55,086 nucleotides of DNA, taken from NCBI GenBank assembly GCA_030747395.1, contig JASLKT010000003.1, positions 1 to 55,086 of the forward strand, written 5' to 3'. Shown in pieces: positions 41,884 to 51,892 of the stretch (within the stretch, counting starts at the first letter, position 1; each line of letters opens with the position of its first letter). The position numbers and the translations under genes are program-made. The stretch is from Candidatus Thalassarchaeaceae archaeon (GTDB taxonomy: Archaea; Thermoplasmatota; Poseidoniia; Poseidoniales; Thalassarchaeaceae). The notes beneath the pieces were generated by a model, which worked only from the letters and a program-made list of their open reading frames with translations, searched no databases and was not told the DNA's origin.

Positions 41884-43116
41884 TCACGATTGCTGCAGAG
41901 CCGTGATAATATCGGAATCCAAACGCTCCCAAGTGAAGTGACCATCCACCGATTCACGGCCAAAATGACCTCCGGCTGAAGTGGCTGAATAGATAGGTCG
42001 AAGCAGGTCCAATTTTTGGATGATTTCGCGTGGCCGGAAATCGAAGCAGTTGCGGACACGTCGGCTGATTTCTTCCTCTGTAATTCCGGCTGAACTACTG
42101 CCATCTGTAGTCACCCTCACACTGACCGGTTCAGCAACGCCAATTGCATAGGCCAATTGGATTTCACAACGCTTAGCAAGTTTGGCAGCCACCACGTGTT
42201 TTGCAGCCCATCGGGCAGCATACGTGGCCGAACGATCAACCTTTGAGGGGTCTTTTCCGCTGAAGGCGCCGCCACCGTGACGACCCATGCCACCATAGGT
42301 ATCTACGATGATTTTGCGACCCGTGATTCCAGCATCTGCATGAGGTCCGCCTTGAACAAAACGGCCCGTGCCATTGACAAAAATATCTGTCTTTGAATCC
42401 ATGAGTTCAGGAGGTATAATCGCTTCAATGACATGCTTCTGAATTTCACTTTTGATGAATTTGTGTTCAGCATCTTCGGTTTCAAATCTCTCCAGCATAT
42501 CGTCGTGCTGAATGGCAATGACCACTGCCCAAACACGGCGCGGCACCCCATAGGCACCATACTCGATGGTGACCTGTGATTTTCCATCAGGTCTTGCCCA
42601 AGGAAGCAATCCACTCTCGCGAACTTCTGTGAGACGGCGTGTTAAGGCTTGACTCAGTAGTGCTGAAAGTGGCATGTAATGTCCAGAAAGTGTAGGGTAT
42701 GATTCCGATTCATCCGTCGCATATCCAAACATCAACCCTTGATCACCTGCACCCTGATTGCTATCTCCTTGATCGACCCCTTGACTGATGTCCGGAGATT
42801 GGGTTGAAATCAACAATTGAACATCACAAGTTTCTGCATCCATTCCGAAGGCGTGATCGGTGTACCCAATCGCTGCAGCAGTCTTTCGAGCCACCGATTT
42901 GTAGTCAATCTGCGGAGGGGCGCATTTGATTTCTCCTGCGAGGATGATTGTGCTCCCTGTTTCTGTGCCTTTGACCATGGTTTCACAGGCGACACGTGCA
43001 TGGGGGTCCTGCGCTAAACAGGCATCTAGAATGGCATCCGAAATCGCATCACAGAGTTTGTCGGGATGGCCCGCAGTCACCGACTCAGAGGTGAACAGTA
43101 AACTCTCGTGTGACAT
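41884..43116 (-). CDS. metK: S-adenosylmethionine synthetase (bacterial/eukaryotic type)
   Basis: 'FTSESV..GHPDK', 'GAGDQG', 'RPDGKSQVT', 'GRKIIVDTYGG', 'GGGAFSGKDPSKVDRS'. Confidence 0.96.
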   Translation of the reverse strand: MSHESLLFTSESVTAGHPDKLCDAISDAILDACLAQDPHARVACETMVKGTETGSTIILAGEIKCAPPQIDYKSVARKTAAAIGYTDHAFGMDAETCDVQLLISTQSPDISQGVDQGDSNQGAGDQGLMFGYATDESESYPTLSGHYMPLSALLSQALTRRLTEVRESGLLPWARPDGKSQVTIEYGAYGVPRRVWAVVIAIQHDDMLERFETEDAEHKFIKSEIQKHVIEAIIPPELMDSKTDIFVNGTGRFVQGGPHADAGITGRKIIVDTYGGMGRHGGGAFSGKDPSKVDRSATYAARWAAKHVVAAKLAKRCEIQLAYAIGVAEPVSVRVTTDGSSSAGITEEEISRRVRNCFDFRPREIIQKLDLLRPIYSATSAGGHFGRESVDGHFTWERLDSDIITALQQS

Positions 43117-43232
43117 TAAACCCGGCGAACCCCCTTTGGCATATCAATGGTGAGGGCGGGAGCGTTTCACCAAAGAGCCCTGAATGAGCACCATTTTTGG
43201 CCGTGCGGTTCAAGTGGTTGACGCACACGCCC

Positions 43233-44654
43233 ATGAGCATGACCGGACGCGATGGTCGCGATTGGGAACCAACCCATTATCGCACACACACACTTGGAGA
43301 AGTTCGTGATTTGGGTGCTCAAATGATTGGGCATGAAGTCACGGTTGCCGGTTATGCTGAAGCTGTTCGTGGCCGTGGCGCCATCTGTTTTCTGATGCTA
43401 CGTGATGGCACTGGGCATCTGCAAGCCTTCCTCAAAAAGGACAACATGGATGAGGCTTCATTCGATGCAATCCAGGGTGCCAGTCGAGAATCAACCATTC
43501 AAGTCACGGGCATGGTCGCACAAAAACGTCCACCCAAGGTAGCCGAGGGTGAGCCCGAACCTCCTGCCGAATACGAAATCAATGTCTCATCAGGTCAGAT
43601 TTTGGCACTTGCTGAAACACCACTTCCAGTGGGTGTTGTCGATGATGTTCACGTTGGCCTTGATGTTCGCCTCGACAATCGCCATCTTGACCTGCGACGC
43701 GCACACGTGAATGCAATGTTCCAGTTGCGAGGTAAGGTCCTGCAATACGGGCGTGATCACCTCATCACTGAAGGATTCAATGAAATGAATTCTCCCAAGA
43801 TTATCGCCAGTGCTTCCGAAGGTGGCACCAATTTGTTCCCGATGAAGTATTTCGAAACCGATGCCTATCTTTCACAGTCACCTCAGTTGTACAAGCAACT
43901 CGCTGTTCTTGGTGGGCTAGAGCGGGTTTTCGAAATTGGACCTGCTTTCCGGGCTGAGAAGCACGACACCTACAGACATCTCAACGAATTCATCTCGTTT
44001 GATATCGAAGGTGCTTGGATGAATGATGAGGATGTCATGTGTGTCCAAGAGCGAATGATTCATCACATTTGGAGTCAAGTCGCAGCCAACGATCAGAACT
44101 TGATGGATGTCATCAACGAATACAGAGCATCTCAGGACCAAGAGGCGATTACAGTTGATGTGCCAACCCTACCATTCCCAAGAATCCCATACTGTGAAGC
44201 CATTGAAATCGTCAAGGAAGGCGGTGGAAAAATTGAGTGGGGAGACGACATAGAATCACATCACTGCGACCTAATTGCAGCGAAATATCCTGGCTTCCAC
44301 TTCCTACCTCGTTGGCCGATGTCGATGAAGCCGTTCTACATCTTCCACGATGAAACTGAGAAAGGTTCCACAGGTGGGCAACTATCGCGTGGATTTGATT
44401 TGAATTATGGTCGCGACGAGATGACCAGTGGTGGTCAGCGTGAACATCGCGTTGATGTTCTAGAACAGAACCTCCTCAATATGGATCTCAATCCTGCGGA
44501 CTTCACATTCTACACGGATGGATTCCGCTACGGCGCGCCGCCTCACGCCGGTTGGGGATTGGGTGTGGCTCGCCTACTGATGGTGCTCACCGGTGCAGGG
44601 AATGTGCGCGAAGTCGTTCTCTTCCCAAGAGATCGAAGTCGCGTCACTCCATGA
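43233..44654 (+). CDS. aspS: Aspartyl-tRNA synthetase (archaeal/short type)
   Basis: OB-fold N-terminus; '[10 protein letters not shown]', 'SQSPQLYKQ', 'FRAE', 'SGGQREH', '[11 protein letters not shown]', 'LFPRD'. Confidence 0.95.
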   Translation: MSMTGRDGRDWEPTHYRTHTLGEVRDLGAQMIGHEVTVAGYAEAVRGRGAICFLMLRDGTGHLQAFLKKDNMDEASFDAIQGASRESTIQVTGMVAQKRPPKVAEGEPEPPAEYEINVSSGQILALAETPLPVGVVDDVHVGLDVRLDNRHLDLRRAHVNAMFQLRGKVLQYGRDHLITEGFNEMNSPKIIASASEGGTNLFPMKYFETDAYLSQSPQLYKQLAVLGGLERVFEIGPAFRAEKHDTYRHLNEFISFDIEGAWMNDEDVMCVQERMIHHIWSQVAANDQNLMDVINEYRASQDQEAITVDVPTLPFPRIPYCEAIEIVKEGGGKIEWGDDIESHHCDLIAAKYPGFHFLPRWPMSMKPFYIFHDETEKGSTGGQLSRGFDLNYGRDEMTSGGQREHRVDVLEQNLLNMDLNPADFTFYTDGFRYGAPPHAGWGLGVARLLMVLTGAGNVREVVLFPRDRSRVTP

Positions 44655-45178
44655 AATCAACAATATACCACACAGCCGACCGATTTGACGTGGCTAATAT
44701 TCGAATCACGATTGTGCTGCTCTGCGTTGCGGCTATGATTCCCATGTCAGGATGCACAGAAAGTCTCGGAGGATGTGGTGCCGGTTATGATGAAATGTAC
44801 GGTGGATATGATTACAACTTCTCAATAATACAAATTGCAAGTGACAATTCGTTGAATGTAACAGTGCACCTCCTGAATGGTGGCGGTGGTTGGTTTGAAA
44901 ATAGTGACGAATTTGAAGAAGAACAGACCATTTGGGTTTCACTGGACATCAAAATGAGTGATGGAACAGAAAAAGAAATCAATCCGCAAAGTCAAGGCTG
45001 GCTCGTCAATGGTAATGCTGGAAATGGATCATACTGGGGCACAAATCTCTACTTTTCAAGTCCTGCTGGTTTCTGCGATGTTGGTTGCGAAGAAATTCGA
45101 TTTAGTGCTGGAGATGAATTTGGATTTGTCTATTATGATGGCACCTGTGACACATCACCTTGGATTGATATTGCCTGA
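44651..45178 (+). CDS. Putative lipoprotein
   Basis: Hydrophobic stretch ending in lipobox-like 'MSGC'; ATGA overlap with the aspS stop (alternative GTG near 44690). Confidence 0.65.
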   Translation: MKSTIYHTADRFDVANIRITIVLLCVAAMIPMSGCTESLGGCGAGYDEMYGGYDYNFSIIQIASDNSLNVTVHLLNGGGGWFENSDEFEEEQTIWVSLDIKMSDGTEKEINPQSQGWLVNGNAGNGSYWGTNLYFSSPAGFCDVGCEEIRFSAGDEFGFVYYDGTCDTSPWIDIA

Positions 45179-45211
45179 CCGAAAAGAACGGGTATCTTCC
45201 ACCCCTTCGGG

Positions 45212-45943
45212 GTGAACATGGGGGTCACGCCAGTCTTTGCCTATCTTCTGCTCAAAGAGCATCCGTATGGGCGCGAGATGCTACGGCAGATGCTATCGGA
45301 AGGATTTGTTCCAGCCATCATCATCGAAGAAGATTCGGCCATTGGCGATGAGGAGAGGGATAAATTCCTCAAGCGAATTGAGGGGAATCCCATCGCACCG
45401 ACCATTGTCGAACAAATCTCAGAACTCAATGTACCACACGTGTCTGTTCCCATCCACAATTCCGACGAGGTAATGCCACATATCCGCGATATGGATTTGG
45501 ATCTCATCGTATTCGGTGGCACGAGAATCATTCGAGGGGAAATCCTAGACACACCCAAGGATGGCGTCATCAATTCTCATCCTGGACTCCTCCCTGATTG
45601 TCGAGGTTCAGCCAGTCCGGCTTGGTCTGTCTATCACGACATTCCGATTGGTAGCACCACGCATTTCTGTGACAATGGCATCGATACGGGTGAACTCTTG
45701 TTGCGTCGGGAATTTCCTGTCAAACGTGGCATGACCTATGAGGACCTCTGCTACGAAACGTTGGTGCTTGCCGGCGTGTTAATGAAGGAGGCGTTGATGG
45801 CTTATGTTGCAGGAAAATGGCCTGAAATGCGCCATCCACAAGGCGAAAGCCCATGGCCTACCTTCCGCAACGCACCACCAGAGATTCTGGAAGTTGTCGA
45901 CCAGAAGTTGGCTGAACAAACGTATGCACACTATGTGAACTGA
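45212..45943 (+). CDS. Stand-alone formyltransferase-family protein
   Basis: 'INSHPGLLP.CRG' and 'THFCDNGIDTG'. Confidence 0.85.
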   Translation: MNMGVTPVFAYLLLKEHPYGREMLRQMLSEGFVPAIIIEEDSAIGDEERDKFLKRIEGNPIAPTIVEQISELNVPHVSVPIHNSDEVMPHIRDMDLDLIVFGGTRIIRGEILDTPKDGVINSHPGLLPDCRGSASPAWSVYHDIPIGSTTHFCDNGIDTGELLLRREFPVKRGMTYEDLCYETLVLAGVLMKEALMAYVAGKWPEMRHPQGESPWPTFRNAPPEILEVVDQKLAEQTYAHYVN

Positions 45944-45952
45944 GGTGAAAAA

Positions 45953-46714
45953 ATGGAAAATCCGTATGCATCTGATGCACTGAAAGGAATGAGAGCTGTT
46001 GTCTGTGGGGCATCCAAAGGTATCGGTAGAGCAACCGCCGAAATGCTGGCTGCCTGTGGTGCAGATGTCATTGGACTCAGTCGGAGTGCGCCAGATATTC
46101 CTGGAGTTCGCTCGATGTCATTGGATCTTGAGGACGCTGCAGCTATTGAGAAAACAATTGCAGGGATTCTAGTTGCGGGACCCATCCAAATTCTGATCAA
46201 CAACGCAGGAGGTCCCCCTGGTGGCCCACTTCTCGACAACGATGTCGAAGATTTTGAGGCCCCATTCAAGCGACACCTCCACGCAGCACATCAAATCACC
46301 CAGATGGTTGTACCTCCGATGGAAGAGGCGGGAATGGGTCGTATTGTCAATATCATCTCAACCTCTGTACGCGAACCAATTCCAAACATCGGATTGTCCA
46401 ATACCCTTCGAGGCGCCATGGCATCATGGGCAAAATCACTCAGTCGGGAATTGCCCTCTTGTGTAACGATTAACAATATCTTGCCGGGCTTTACAGATAC
46501 TGATAGATTGGGTTCACTTGCAGAATCCATTGAAAGTAAAACAGGGAGAAGTCAGCAAGAAATCCACGACACTTGGATGTCACAAGTACCGATTGGGCGT
46601 CTCATCGACCCCATGGAAACCGCTTCGGCTGTGACTTTCCTTTGCTTACCACAATCAGGTGGTATCCGTGGGATTAGTTTGGCGGTGGATGGCGGCCGAA
46701 TGCGCTCAATCTGA
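45953..46714 (+). CDS. SDR-family oxidoreductase
   Basis: 'CGASKGIG', 'LINNAGGP', 'GRIVNI', atypical 'SNTLR' active site, 'VDGG'. Confidence 0.92.
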   Translation: MENPYASDALKGMRAVVCGASKGIGRATAEMLAACGADVIGLSRSAPDIPGVRSMSLDLEDAAAIEKTIAGILVAGPIQILINNAGGPPGGPLLDNDVEDFEAPFKRHLHAAHQITQMVVPPMEEAGMGRIVNIISTSVREPIPNIGLSNTLRGAMASWAKSLSRELPSCVTINNILPGFTDTDRLGSLAESIESKTGRSQQEIHDTWMSQVPIGRLIDPMETASAVTFLCLPQSGGIRGISLAVDGGRMRSI

Positions 46715-46723
46715 GGTAATCAA

Positions 46724-47563
46724 ATGGCCAATGAATCGCTAACCCCCGAGCAGGCCCATCACCTGTTGGACTTGATGTCCAAGGGAGAAGGGTTCGATGA
46801 AGGAATGGATGCTGGAGTCGCCCTGACACTGGCTGACATCGCACTTCAAATCGAACAACCGGAGCGAGCAGAGGCATTGATTACACACGCGATTCAATTG
46901 GCCAAGGATACTGAAGACAATGACCAACTCGCATGGGCTCTATTGACCAAGGCTCGAATTGTCAACGACGGTACCGCTCTTTCGGAAGCAGAAGATTTGG
47001 TTGCAATCAGTGAAGATGATTGGTTGCGCTCATCCTACAACAATCAATTCGGAATTTTTGCACTTGAATCGGGTGATATACCAGCAGCAAAGTCTGCATT
47101 TTCCCAAAGCCTTGCTCTGAAGGAAGCATTGGAAGACAAGGTGGGTCAAGCGAATACACTCTACAATCTCGGAGAAATTGCACGAGATGAAAATGATCTG
47201 GAGCAAGCCAAAGAATTTCACGCACGTTGTGTAGATTTACTTGAGGAACTCGGTGATCGAAAAGGAATGGTCAATGGGTTGGCCATTCTAGGACATCTAG
47301 ATGCGATTGAAGCCAATATCGATGGGGCCATTATCCACTACGAAGCGGCCTTAGAAATCGCTGAAGCAGAGGATGATTTTGAAGGAAGTGTTGTCTCTCG
47401 TTGGGGGTTGGCTGAAATGGCCAGAGCGATGGAAGATGAGGATTTGGAATTGCAACATCTATCGCAAGTGATGGCTGGATTCATGCAATTGGGTCGCCCT
47501 ACACCTGAACCAATCAAGGATCGATTGAACGAATTGGCTGATGCCATTCACGGAGGGAATTGA
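46724..47563 (+). CDS. Tetratricopeptide-repeat protein
   Basis: Repeated helical units such as 'ANTLYNLGEIA...A.EFH..C'. Confidence 0.85.
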   Translation: MANESLTPEQAHHLLDLMSKGEGFDEGMDAGVALTLADIALQIEQPERAEALITHAIQLAKDTEDNDQLAWALLTKARIVNDGTALSEAEDLVAISEDDWLRSSYNNQFGIFALESGDIPAAKSAFSQSLALKEALEDKVGQANTLYNLGEIARDENDLEQAKEFHARCVDLLEELGDRKGMVNGLAILGHLDAIEANIDGAIIHYEAALEIAEAEDDFEGSVVSRWGLAEMARAMEDEDLELQHLSQVMAGFMQLGRPTPEPIKDRLNELADAIHGGN

Positions 47564-48775
47564 ATGGAGTTTGATGTCTTCTTCTCGATTTCACAAACCC
47601 CTGATGCGGCAGGCACGTGCCCAGATGAGACGACCATGTATGCCAACTACCTCGAACAACTGAAGGTTGCAGATGAGAGTGGATATGGTGTCGCCTGGCT
47701 TGCTCAGGCCCATCTATCAACTGAAGTTCAGAAGTGCAACAAGAAGCCGGTGATTCCTCATTGGGATGGGGAAGTTGGATTGTGTACGGATTTTTTCCAA
47801 TTGGCCCTCCTTTCGATGACTCACACAAAGCGAATCGAGATTGGTAGTGCGGTACTGGCCATCTTGGCAAATGGTGGACCAATTGCTGTTGCCGAACGAA
47901 TTGGAAATTTCTGTGCATTACAGGAAGTTCGTGGCGATTCGCGCAAACTGAACTTGGGTTTCAGTGCTGGTCGCTTCCAATTCATGGCATCACCTTACGG
48001 AATTGTGCCTCGTAATTCGATAGAGGAAGCGTCATGGCCCGCCCTTCGAGGACAAATATTCTGGGAGGCTGCTGAAATCATGTTGCGCTTGGTCCGTGGT
48101 GATACAATCTGTTCAGATGACATTCGCGAAACCATTCTGACCCGAGGGAATTTCCGTTCAGATGAGGATTGGCAAGCCGTGCAGTTGGCAAATGGGAATG
48201 ATGATGCTGAAATTCATATTCCTCGAAGATACGAATTTGAAGAAATCAAATCCGTTCCGCAAGAATGGGATCGTTCGAGGGTCAATTTGGTCATAGGGAG
48301 CCACGAACCAGCATTGCAAGAACATGTGAACACGTTCATGCCCGTTCAGGTATTCAATCTCAGCATCACGCAACCCGAGGTCATCGAATCAACACACGAA
48401 CGCATGAAGGGGGCCTATCTTGGCCAATGGGAGCGTAGGATGATGCCTCGTACGGTCATGGTTTTCCTCAATGATGAAGAAGGCTTGAGTCCATCCGAAA
48501 AAACAGCGGCGGCTCAAACGGAATCCAAAGGAGCCCTCTCATCTTACTGGGCGGCATTGGAAGGGACACTAGATCCTGCCAAAGTCGCCAAGGCATCCAA
48601 CAATGCTGTCATCGGAAATGCAACTGAAGTCGCCGCCCAAATTCGTGAACGATTCCATCCCGATGATCGGTTAATGCTGTGGTTCGATTTCTTCAGACAC
48701 GATTCTGCTCGCATCTGCCGAGACATGCGTGCATTCATGGACAAGGTCGTCCCCCTCATCAATGGGAGTGAGTAA
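47564..48775 (+). CDS. LLM-class (luciferase-like) flavin-dependent oxidoreductase
   Basis: 'LEQLKVADESGYGVAWLAQAH', 'TKRIEIGSAV', 'PIAVAE', 'LNLGFSAG', 'VIGNATEVAAQI', 'FMDKVVP'. Confidence 0.85.
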   Translation: MEFDVFFSISQTPDAAGTCPDETTMYANYLEQLKVADESGYGVAWLAQAHLSTEVQKCNKKPVIPHWDGEVGLCTDFFQLALLSMTHTKRIEIGSAVLAILANGGPIAVAERIGNFCALQEVRGDSRKLNLGFSAGRFQFMASPYGIVPRNSIEEASWPALRGQIFWEAAEIMLRLVRGDTICSDDIRETILTRGNFRSDEDWQAVQLANGNDDAEIHIPRRYEFEEIKSVPQEWDRSRVNLVIGSHEPALQEHVNTFMPVQVFNLSITQPEVIESTHERMKGAYLGQWERRMMPRTVMVFLNDEEGLSPSEKTAAAQTESKGALSSYWAALEGTLDPAKVAKASNNAVIGNATEVAAQIRERFHPDDRLMLWFDFFRHDSARICRDMRAFMDKVVPLINGSE

Positions 48776-48776
48776 C

Positions 48777-49928
48777 ATGAGTGAACATCGTCCCTCATCG
48801 GTGGCCCCCGGAAGACCCGGGTCTGCAGTGTATCCAACCTCACCGATTTCCGACGGTGCCAAAGGAATTGCAACCGGTCGCGATGTCGAATGGGAACCAC
48901 TCGTCGACTTCAGGCGAAATGATGTCTCTGAGAATACAATTCACGGCGCCATCGCTTGGGCACACGGCTCAGAATTGATTCATTCCTTCGGTGGAAATGT
49001 CCTTTGTTATGGGCGCAGTATGATGAAACCACTGTTGATGAAAACATTCGTTGACATTCTTGATTCTGCACTGACGGATGAACAGAAAGCAATCGCCTGT
49101 TCATCGCACAACGGAGATACTGAACACGTCGCAGCTGCGCAGTCAATTCTAACCGAATCCGAATGGGGTTTGATGCAGTGTCCTCTCGATGTTCCTCTCA
49201 TTCAATTTGGTCGACAGGTTCGTCGACCCCGACGATGGTTCCACACATGTTCGGGTGAACATGCCGCTATTCTTCGAGCACTGCGGCTTTTGGGAATCAA
49301 TCGTGCAGGTTACACATTACCACAGTCAGATTGGTTTCCCCTCTTCCTCGACGTCCTTCGCGGATTCTTGGGCGAACCTCATTGGGAACCGAAACGTGTT
49401 TCCAAGGACGGTTGTGGCTTGCCAACTGTATCCAATACGGTCAACGAACTCGCAGTGATGTTTGCCGGTTTAGCCCGTGAAAAAGACGATGATTGGATTT
49501 GGGATTCAATGTGCAAATATCCAGATCTCATCGGTGGATTCAACCGACTTGATTCAACTGCAATCAAGGCAGGCAATGGCATGGTTTTGGCCAAAGAAGG
49601 TGCAGATGGTTTGCTTGGCCTTTCTATTATTCACGAGGACTTTCCTAAAGGTCTAGGGATTGTCATCAAAATTGCACATGGGTGGAATTCTCAGGCGACT
49701 TGGTACGTCGCCCGCGCAGTGCTTGGTGTTCTCGGAATTGAATTGAGAAATCCGTATCCACTTCATCGCCAAAAGGCCTTCATCGTCCCTGGTGTCGTGC
49801 CTCCCGATCGACTTGACAAATTAGAACAGGTTGTCACATGGGATGAATGGGATCCAAATTCAGACCGATGGTACTACGATTGGAAAAAGTACTCCAACCC
49901 ATTTTCTGGAGAGGGTAGTCATGAGTGA
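48777..49928 (+). CDS. L-asparaginase II (Rhizobium AnsA-type)-like amidohydrolase
   Basis: 'RSMMKP', 'SSHNG', 'HTCSGEH', 'DGCGLP', 'KEGADG', 'KIAHG'. Confidence 0.82.
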   Translation: MSEHRPSSVAPGRPGSAVYPTSPISDGAKGIATGRDVEWEPLVDFRRNDVSENTIHGAIAWAHGSELIHSFGGNVLCYGRSMMKPLLMKTFVDILDSALTDEQKAIACSSHNGDTEHVAAAQSILTESEWGLMQCPLDVPLIQFGRQVRRPRRWFHTCSGEHAAILRALRLLGINRAGYTLPQSDWFPLFLDVLRGFLGEPHWEPKRVSKDGCGLPTVSNTVNELAVMFAGLAREKDDDWIWDSMCKYPDLIGGFNRLDSTAIKAGNGMVLAKEGADGLLGLSIIHEDFPKGLGIVIKIAHGWNSQATWYVARAVLGVLGIELRNPYPLHRQKAFIVPGVVPPDRLDKLEQVVTWDEWDPNSDRWYYDWKKYSNPFSGEGSHE

Positions 49929-51372
49929 TATTACCGAACTATCCAATTTCATCAATGGGGAATGGCGACCTGCAAATTGTGATCATTGGATTGAAGATTA
50001 TTCACCGGCAAACGGTGCTCATATTGCAAGCATCCCTTGCTCATCAAGCGAAGATATCGATGCGGCTGTCGAGGCCGCCTTGAATGCCGGTGAAGATTGG
50101 GGGTACCTCAGTATTGCAGAACGAGCAGGTTGGTTGGAAAAAATAGCCGATGCCCTCGAAAATCGTGCAGAAGAAGTAGCGCAACTTGAGAGTCTAGATA
50201 CTGGAAAACCGATTTCTCTTGCCCGTTCTGTTGATGCGGCACGCTCGGTGGCCAATTTTCGCTTCTTTGCTGAGCAAGGACGTGAATTTGAATCTGAAAT
50301 TTTTGAGATGAGTGATGCGACCAATCGAGTCGTCTACAAACCGGTCGGAGTAGCGGGACTGATTACACCTTGGAATTTACCTCTATACCTGTTGTCTTGG
50401 AAGGTTGCACCCGCCTTGTTGATGGGCAATACTGTCGTTGCCAAACCATCAGAAATGACGCCGATGACCGCATCACTACTAGCCGAAGTCATCGAAGATG
50501 TCGGGTTGCCAACAGGTGTTTTCAATCTGGTTCATGGCAATGGAAGAGATGCAGGGGCACCCCTCACATCTCACCCTGATGTTAATCTCATTTCATTCAC
50601 AGGAGGTACGGCAACAGGTCGTGAAGTGGCCAAGTCTGCATCATCTGGATTCAAGAAACTGAGTTTGGAACTCGGTGGGAAGAATGCGACTATTATTCGA
50701 GAGGATGTCGATATTGAGAACATGATGTCAAGTATTGTTCGGGCTTCTTTTCTAAACCAAGGCCAAGTCTGTCTTTGTGGGTCGAGAATTCTCATTCATG
50801 AATCGATTTACGATTCCTTCATCGAGGCATTCCTAGAAGCCGTATCGAACATGGTTGTCGGAGATCCAGCTGATGAGGAAACTGAACTTGGTGCCCTCAT
50901 CTCAGCGGAACATCGTGACAAAGTATTGTCTTACATCGACCTTGCAGAAGAAGAAGGTGGTAGCATACTGTGTGGTGGTGGCGCACCTGTTGGGATTCCT
51001 CAAGCATTTGAAGGTGGATATTGGGTGTCCCCCACGGTGATTGATGGTCTCGCCCCGGATAGTCGTTGTTCGACTGAGGAAATCTTCGGCCCCGTCGTCA
51101 CATTGCATCCCTTTTCTGATGATGAGGAAGCAATTGAAATTGCCAATATGACCGATTATGGATTGGCCGGCTCAATCTGGACGGCTGACGTTGAGGCTGG
51201 AAGTGAGATGGCCGAACAAATTGACTCTGGTATGATCTGGGTCAACTGTTGGTTGCACCGTGATTTGCGTGTTCCATTTGGAGGAGTGAAAAACAGTGGT
51301 GTAGGACGAGAAGGTGGACGCTGGAGTCTCGGCTTCTTTTCCGAAGCCATCAATATCTGTGTCAAACATTGA
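49921..51372 (+). CDS. Aldehyde dehydrogenase, 2-amino/2-hydroxymuconate-semialdehyde dehydrogenase-like
   Basis: 'PWNLPLYLLSWKVAPAL', 'SFTGGT', 'LELGGKN', 'NQGQVCLCGSR', 'EEIFGPV', 'WVNCWLHRDLRVPFGG'. Confidence 0.88.
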   Translation: MSDITELSNFINGEWRPANCDHWIEDYSPANGAHIASIPCSSSEDIDAAVEAALNAGEDWGYLSIAERAGWLEKIADALENRAEEVAQLESLDTGKPISLARSVDAARSVANFRFFAEQGREFESEIFEMSDATNRVVYKPVGVAGLITPWNLPLYLLSWKVAPALLMGNTVVAKPSEMTPMTASLLAEVIEDVGLPTGVFNLVHGNGRDAGAPLTSHPDVNLISFTGGTATGREVAKSASSGFKKLSLELGGKNATIIREDVDIENMMSSIVRASFLNQGQVCLCGSRILIHESIYDSFIEAFLEAVSNMVVGDPADEETELGALISAEHRDKVLSYIDLAEEEGGSILCGGGAPVGIPQAFEGGYWVSPTVIDGLAPDSRCSTEEIFGPVVTLHPFSDDEEAIEIANMTDYGLAGSIWTADVEAGSEMAEQIDSGMIWVNCWLHRDLRVPFGGVKNSGVGREGGRWSLGFFSEAINICVKH

Positions 51373-51814
51373 GGATGACACTCATCATCCATGCGCCCAT
51401 GAACATACCAGTAAGGCCCCCAACGCCCAACCAAAGTCCTGTTCGGAATGGTTGAACATCGTATTTCCATTGGTATGTTGATACGAAAACCCAGCCACAG
51501 ATTACGGGGATCCACCAGAGCGCACATAGCAACAATCCCATACCACAAATTTGTGGAAGAAAAATCACGATTGTTCCCGAAAGAACACCATATCGCATTT
51601 CTTTGGGGTCACCCCATTCCTTTGGAATTCTGAACATCAAGATTGAGGCGAAGATTGTCAATGTCAACCAAGACAATAGCAAGGGTGCAAGATCCAATAA
51701 TAGCTTGTCTTGGATGTCAAAATTTGGCGCCAATAGAAAGCCAATGCATGCGGAAAATAAACCGGCGAGAGGTGGAATTGCAAACAGGGCGAGGGGTGGA
51801 TTCTCCCACTTCAT
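51362..51814 (-). CDS. Hypothetical multi-pass membrane protein
   Basis: 150 aa with 4-5 hydrophobic helices; fills the gap between the ALDH and dioxygenase genes. Confidence 0.65.
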   Translation of the reverse strand: MKWENPPLALFAIPPLAGLFSACIGFLLAPNFDIQDKLLLDLAPLLLSWLTLTIFASILMFRIPKEWGDPKEMRYGVLSGTIVIFLPQICGMGLLLCALWWIPVICGWVFVSTYQWKYDVQPFRTGLWLGVGGLTGMFMGAWMMSVILNV

Positions 51815-51892
51815 CGTCCTGAGGCTAGGTCTCTATCCTATGACAATTGCCGCGGGCATTGTTTCAAATGCCGCCTTCCCTTGGAAGGCGTG

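Noticed and set aside
45200..45214. Small hairpin CACCCC-TTC-GGGGTG at the formyltransferase start
   Set aside because: Only 6 bp; could arise by chance.
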